Below, one piece after another: positions 17,074-20,000 of a stretch of DNA of 20,000 bases. The notes beneath the pieces were generated by a model, which searched no databases, was not told the DNA's origin, and saw only the letters and a program-made list of their open reading frames with translations. The number at the start of each line of letters is the position of its first letter. Position 1 is the stretch's first letter. Made by a program: the position numbers and the translations under genes. This stretch comes from an uncultured virus (IMG/VR IMGVR_UViG_3300039159_000181) (taxonomy: Duplodnaviria > Heunggongvirae > Uroviricota > Caudoviricetes). The DNA lies in the IMG/VR virus record IMGVR_UViG_3300039159_000181; one strand, given 5' to 3'.

Positions 17074-17277
17074 CTACGACTGAGAGCCGAACTGAGGGCT
17101 CAAACGCGGTTGACGCGTTGAGCCGGAGTTGACGGACTCGCCGCTTACCCCACGGCCTGGATTGTTCCACGTTTTTATGGAAGGAGACTCTTCTGACTTG
17201 GGAAACTTCACTGCAGCATTGCGCAACACAGAGTTAGGTCGTGCAGGCTGTGGTGTCAGTGGCTTACGCGGAATCAC
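17074..17277 (-). CDS. small basic hypothetical protein, probably leaderless
   Basis: GTG lies 6 nt after a GATGAT box; the ORF fills the intergenic gap. Confidence 0.6.
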   Translation of the reverse strand: MIPRKPLTPQPARPNSVLRNAAVKFPKSEESPSIKTWNNPGRGVSGESVNSGSTRQPRLSPQFGSQS

Positions 17278-17283
17278 ATATCA

Positions 17284-17318
17284 ATCATCGCAAAGCCGGG
17301 GGTCTAAGACTCGGTGAA
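17284..17318 (-). promoter_or_regulatory. degenerate promoter motif TTCACC-N23-GATGAT-N6-GTG
   Basis: Same geometry as the 17958 site. Confidence 0.45.
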
Positions 17319-17323
17319 CGGGC

Positions 17324-17512
17324 CTAGCCGTAGGCTGCGATGTACTTGTTATTTCCTTCAGCCCCAACGACCGTCTTCTGCGGCGGAGCACTGCGGGTGG
17401 ACATTGCAGCGTAGCGCGACGTCGAGCTGGTGTACGTGGGGAAGAAGCCCATAGCCCACTCGGCATCGCCGGAGAACTGTCCGCTAGAGATGGGGCTCTG
17501 TGGCTTACGCAT
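17324..17512 (-). CDS. small hypothetical protein (62 aa, MRKPQSPISSGQF...)
   Basis: ATG 17510-17512 with a GAGGAGG SD. Confidence 0.65.
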   Translation of the reverse strand: MRKPQSPISSGQFSGDAEWAMGFFPTYTSSTSRYAAMSTRSAPPQKTVVGAEGNNKYIAAYG

Positions 17513-17618
17513 CGCTGTCCTCCTCATCATTATCGAATACCACGAACTCAAAGACCGAGTCGGAGGGGGTATGCTCACTCACCTCGGCAACAAAGTCACC
17601 CTCGTCGTCGGGGTCCAT
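17505..17618 (-). CDS. 37-aa hyperacidic microprotein MDPDDEGDFVAEVSEHTPSDSVFEFVVFDNDEEDSDA
   Basis: Translated by hand. TGATG coupling to the upstream stop; overlaps the next start. Confidence 0.55.
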   Translation of the reverse strand: MDPDDEGDFVAEVSEHTPSDSVFEFVVFDNDEEDSDA

Positions 17619-17779
17619 CAGTAGCCAGGCTGGGACTGCGTCTGGGCCTGCTTGTTCTCGCGGCCCTTCTGCTGAGCGGCGGACAGCGCTGAACCAACGC
17701 CGCGGGCGGCTAACCCCACTGCAGCTTGGACAGCGATTCTGCCCACGACGGGGGCGGCGATGAGGGCGGCAAAAGGCAT
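17618..17779 (-). CDS. small hydrophobic/amphipathic protein (53 aa, MPFAALIAAPVV...)
   Basis: ATG 17777-17779 with an AGGAG SD. Confidence 0.65.
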   Translation of the reverse strand: MPFAALIAAPVVGRIAVQAAVGLAARGVGSALSAAQQKGRENKQAQTQSQPGY

Positions 17780-17789
17780 GGTGTAGCTC

Positions 17790-17951
17790 CTAGTCGTTCT
17801 GAACGCCGGAGCTAGCAACTCGGCGTCCGTAGTTAGCGGCGAACTTGTTCTGCTCTCCGCCCATGGGTAAGGGGGCAGGGCCTGCGTACTTGTACGAGTT
17901 AAAGGCGGCACCGAGGTGCCCCAAACGAAACTCAGCAGTACGATTAGCCAT
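17790..17951 (-). CDS. small hypothetical protein (53 aa, MANRTAEFRLGHLG...), probably leaderless
   Basis: Translated by hand; ATG lies 6 nt after a GATACT box. Confidence 0.6.
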   Translation of the reverse strand: MANRTAEFRLGHLGAAFNSYKYAGPAPLPMGGEQNKFAANYGRRVASSGVQND

Positions 17952-17957
17952 GCCCCC

Positions 17958-17992
17958 AGTATCTCAGGAGAAGAGGTTTAGTTCATCCGAAA
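17958..17992 (-). promoter_or_regulatory. putative late promoter TTTCGG-N23-GATACT-N6-ATG
   Basis: One mismatch to the TTTAGG box, identical spacing, leaderless geometry. Confidence 0.55.
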
Positions 17993-18236
17993 CTTGCGGG
18001 GTGCTGTCCTGGTGCATGAGCTGTTCGCGCATCATTTCGGTTACTACCGAGAGGTGATGGATTACGGCTTGCACCCCCACGGAGGACATCTGGCGGGTGC
18101 TGAGGGTTGCCAGCAGGTCGGTGATGGCCTCTTGAGCATCTAACTGACCCCGGAGGTAGGCCACCCCCTCAGAACTCAGTACCTCGTACTGGTTCTTGGC
18201 GAAGTCGTGGGTGGCGGTGAAGTTGGCGGCGTTCAT
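17964..18236 (-). CDS. hypothetical protein
   Basis: ATGA overlap with the upstream gene; GAGGGAG SD. Confidence 0.7.
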   Translation of the reverse strand: MNAANFTATHDFAKNQYEVLSSEGVAYLRGQLDAQEAITDLLATLSTRQMSSVGVQAVIHHLSVVTEMMREQLMHQDSTPQVSDELNLFS

Positions 18237-18571
18237 GCTGCTCCCTCGTTATGGGCGGTAACCGCGCCCCAGTCGGCCTCTTCGTCGGGCGAGGTGCCGA
18301 CCATCGAGGTGGTGGGTAGGCCGAGGCTTTCCATCCGGCTGAGGTAGAGGTCTCGATGCTTCAGCAGAAACTCCTGGACCTCCAACCGACGGGTGCTGAG
18401 TACTGTCTCGACCTGCTGGCGCGCATCCTCTTCGAGGTCAGCCCAGTTGGCGCGGATGGTATCTTCGGCGCTCTTGATGGTGCTCCACGCGGTGGCGGCT
18501 TGGACTTGTCGTCGTTCCCACAGGGCCTCGGACTTTGCTCCGCGACGTCGTACGGTTTGGTTTTTACTCAC
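18233..18571 (-). CDS. hypothetical helical protein
   Basis: GTG start with GAGGAGG SD, coupled to its neighbours. Confidence 0.75.
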   Translation of the reverse strand: MSKNQTVRRRGAKSEALWERRQVQAATAWSTIKSAEDTIRANWADLEEDARQQVETVLSTRRLEVQEFLLKHRDLYLSRMESLGLPTTSMVGTSPDEEADWGAVTAHNEGAA

Positions 18572-18746
18572 TGTGCTGTGCCTCCTCGTTTACTACCCTC
18601 GTCGGGCAGTCCATCCATATGGCTTTTAGGTCCGCATCGTGCTTGTGTTCAAACTTATCAGGGCCTGGCCACCAGAACCCCTCTGTGTCTTGCTGGTCTA
18701 CGCGCCAGCAGCCCGTAGCCTCTACACCGCTGTTTGAGGTGCTCAT
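18564..18746 (-). CDS. hypothetical protein (60 aa)
   Basis: TAATG coupling; GAGAGG SD. Confidence 0.65.
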   Translation of the reverse strand: MSTSNSGVEATGCWRVDQQDTEGFWWPGPDKFEHKHDADLKAIWMDCPTRVVNEEAQHSE

Positions 18747-18907
18747 TAGTCGGTCCTCTCTTTGGCGAACACCTTGAGAGTTCGCTGGTCGTCTTGTAGT
18801 TGGATGAACACTCCGGGGTTGAAGTATCCGACAAACCGGCGACCGCTAGAGTCGATGACTTCTACGCGGGATACGTTCGGGTGGGCTCGGTAGGTCTCGT
18901 CAGTCAT
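18746..18907 (-). CDS. small phage protein (53 aa, VSRVEVIDSSGR...LQDDQRTLKVF)
   Basis: Translated by hand; GAGGAGG SD. The RVEVID...LQDDxRTLKVF motif is familiar from phage hypotheticals. Confidence 0.75.
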   Translation of the reverse strand: MTDETYRAHPNVSRVEVIDSSGRRFVGYFNPGVFIQLQDDQRTLKVFAKERTD

Positions 18908-19214
18908 GGGGTGCCTCCTCGAATAGGTCCAAAACTGCTTGAGCCATGCGGAGGTACGCGTTTGCGCTCATGGGCGGAATGTCTTCCCACTTATGCCCAC
19001 ACTGTGTAGAGATTGCGGCGGCAACTGCGCCCAGGCCAGGTGTTTTTACGTATCCGTAAAGAACCTGCCGGTCATGCTCAGCAAGCCACCGGTCGAACTC
19101 GGCCCCACCCCGCTGCTCATCAATGTCGTAACTGGTGGGACTGGTTTGCACGAAACTGCCTGACGCGTATATGTCGCGCACGTTTGCCGTCGTCGGCGTG
19201 TAGTCGTTAGTCAT
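18900..19214 (-). CDS. hypothetical protein with YTPTT..VR / AEFDRWLAEHD motif
   Basis: AGGAGAG SD; motif typical of actinophage small accessory genes. Confidence 0.75.
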   Translation of the reverse strand: MTNDYTPTTANVRDIYASGSFVQTSPTSYDIDEQRGGAEFDRWLAEHDRQVLYGYVKTPGLGAVAAAISTQCGHKWEDIPPMSANAYLRMAQAVLDLFEEAPHD

Positions 19215-19249
19215 AGGCGTCTCTCTCCTGAGTCTCTGTAGGGAAATAC

Positions 19250-19283
19250 TAACGGCCCCCCGAGTAGAACCGGGGGGCCGTTA
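19250..19283 (-). terminator. intrinsic terminator
   Basis: Stem taacggccccccg/cggggggccgtta, followed by GTATTT on the minus strand. Confidence 0.8.
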
Positions 19284-19323
19284 CTTTATCGTAATGCGAA
19301 ATGGAGTATTCCGCGGTTAGCGC

Positions 19324-19755
19324 CTATAACGGCAATCTGTCAAAGTCAATACCAGCCGCGTGCAGTGGTTCGGTAAGAGTTGCGAAATGCTCGACCGAGA
19401 TAAGGTCGCGCACGGCTAATGCTGATGCGGCCCACGCCGCGGCCTGTACGGCAACCAGAACCGTGTCCCGTTCCTCCTCCGGCACCGCGGAGAGCCCCGC
19501 GCCAAACGCCTCCGACTGTGCCGCATCGCGGGTGGGGTCTTGGTGGGGACCCCGTGCCGCGGCTTGCGCGTCTTTTCGCGCTATGGCCCGCTGGGGGTTA
19601 GCCATGGCATCCAGCAGCGTAAAGCGTGCGGCATTTCGGACGGTTACCCACTGCTCACTCGTTAGTCCCGGCAGGAGGGCTAGAAACGTAGCTAGCTCAC
19701 GGGCGCGAGCCCCACCGGCGCGATGCTCGGCATTGTACTTTTCGTCAGTAGTCAT
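19324..19755 (-). CDS. Ala-rich actinophage hypothetical protein
   Basis: Likely ATG 19753-19755 with GGAG SD; AAAWAASALAVRDLISVEHFATLTEP motif. Confidence 0.7.
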   Translation of the reverse strand: MTTDEKYNAEHRAGGARARELATFLALLPGLTSEQWVTVRNAARFTLLDAMANPQRAIARKDAQAAARGPHQDPTRDAAQSEAFGAGLSAVPEEERDTVLVAVQAAAWAASALAVRDLISVEHFATLTEPLHAAGIDFDRLPL

Positions 19756-19844
19756 TTCTTCTCCGACCCATGAGCTAGTAGCTGCTATCGGGCGAGAATA
19801 TCCCAACCGGTTATCTTTATCCGGCTAGTCTCGCCGCAAACGAG

Positions 19845-19876
19845 AACGGCCCCCCAACTCTCGCTGAGGGGCCGTT
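19845..19876 (-). terminator. intrinsic terminator after the RNR beta gene
   Basis: Minus strand AACGGCCCC TCAG C-GAGA-G TTGG GGGGCCGTT (GNRA loop), followed by CTCGTTT. Confidence 0.8.
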
Positions 19877-19892
19877 ATTTCTCGTGTTGCGG

Positions 19893-20000
19893 TTACGCGT
19901 TGACCTCGTAGGAGGTGTTGGTCGACTCGAAGAAGTTGACGAGCTGAAGGGTGTCGTTGGCGGTTGCCATCCACTTGGCCGGGTTCGACACGTTGTACTG
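19893..20000 (-). CDS. nrdB: class I ribonucleotide reductase beta (R2) subunit, C-terminal 35 aa (partial)
   Basis: Hand translation QYNVSNPAKWMATANDTLQLVNFFESTNTSYEVNA*. NP..WM...NFFE.....Y is the R2 C-terminal signature. Confidence 0.85.
   Translation of the reverse strand, partial: QYNVSNPAKWMATANDTLQLVNFFESTNTSYEVNA

Noticed and set aside
17618..17911. ORF-track long starts (17911, 17578, 16071, 15309, 13210, 8528, 19806)
   Set aside because: Shorter starts have better SD, coupling or leaderless geometry and leave room for intervening small genes.
1..20000. tRNA genes, integrase/att sites, stop-codon recoding
   Set aside because: No cloverleaf or T-loop in the intergenic gaps by eye, no integrase, and TAA, TAG and TGA all terminate full-length genes.

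Overview
Phage DNA, high GC, with essentially all genes on the minus strand. It looks like a large tailed actinobacteriophage with a Bxz1/E3-like head module; the host is possibly Microbacteriaceae (inference). In transcription order (right to left) it holds: the 3' end of a ribonucleotide reductase beta subunit; small hypothetical genes; a cluster of tiny, low-complexity genes, several below the ORF track's 60-aa cutoff; PASTA-like and KTSC proteins; terminase large subunit; portal; scaffold; N4-gp56-type major capsid; a free-standing endonuclease VII-type homing endonuclease; head/neck proteins; an Mtd_N fibre; an FN3 protein; and three translationally coupled basic small proteins. Two observations stand out. 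First, an unlisted 27-aa ORF ending DPMDELQCESCQ looks like a free-standing copy of the redox-active C-terminal tail of RNR alpha. Second, a recurrent bipartite promoter-like motif, TTT(A/C)GG-N23-NNNACT, sits upstream of late genes, and a leaderless start codon follows the motif or a variant at three sites. All family calls come from motif recognition by eye, not from database searches.
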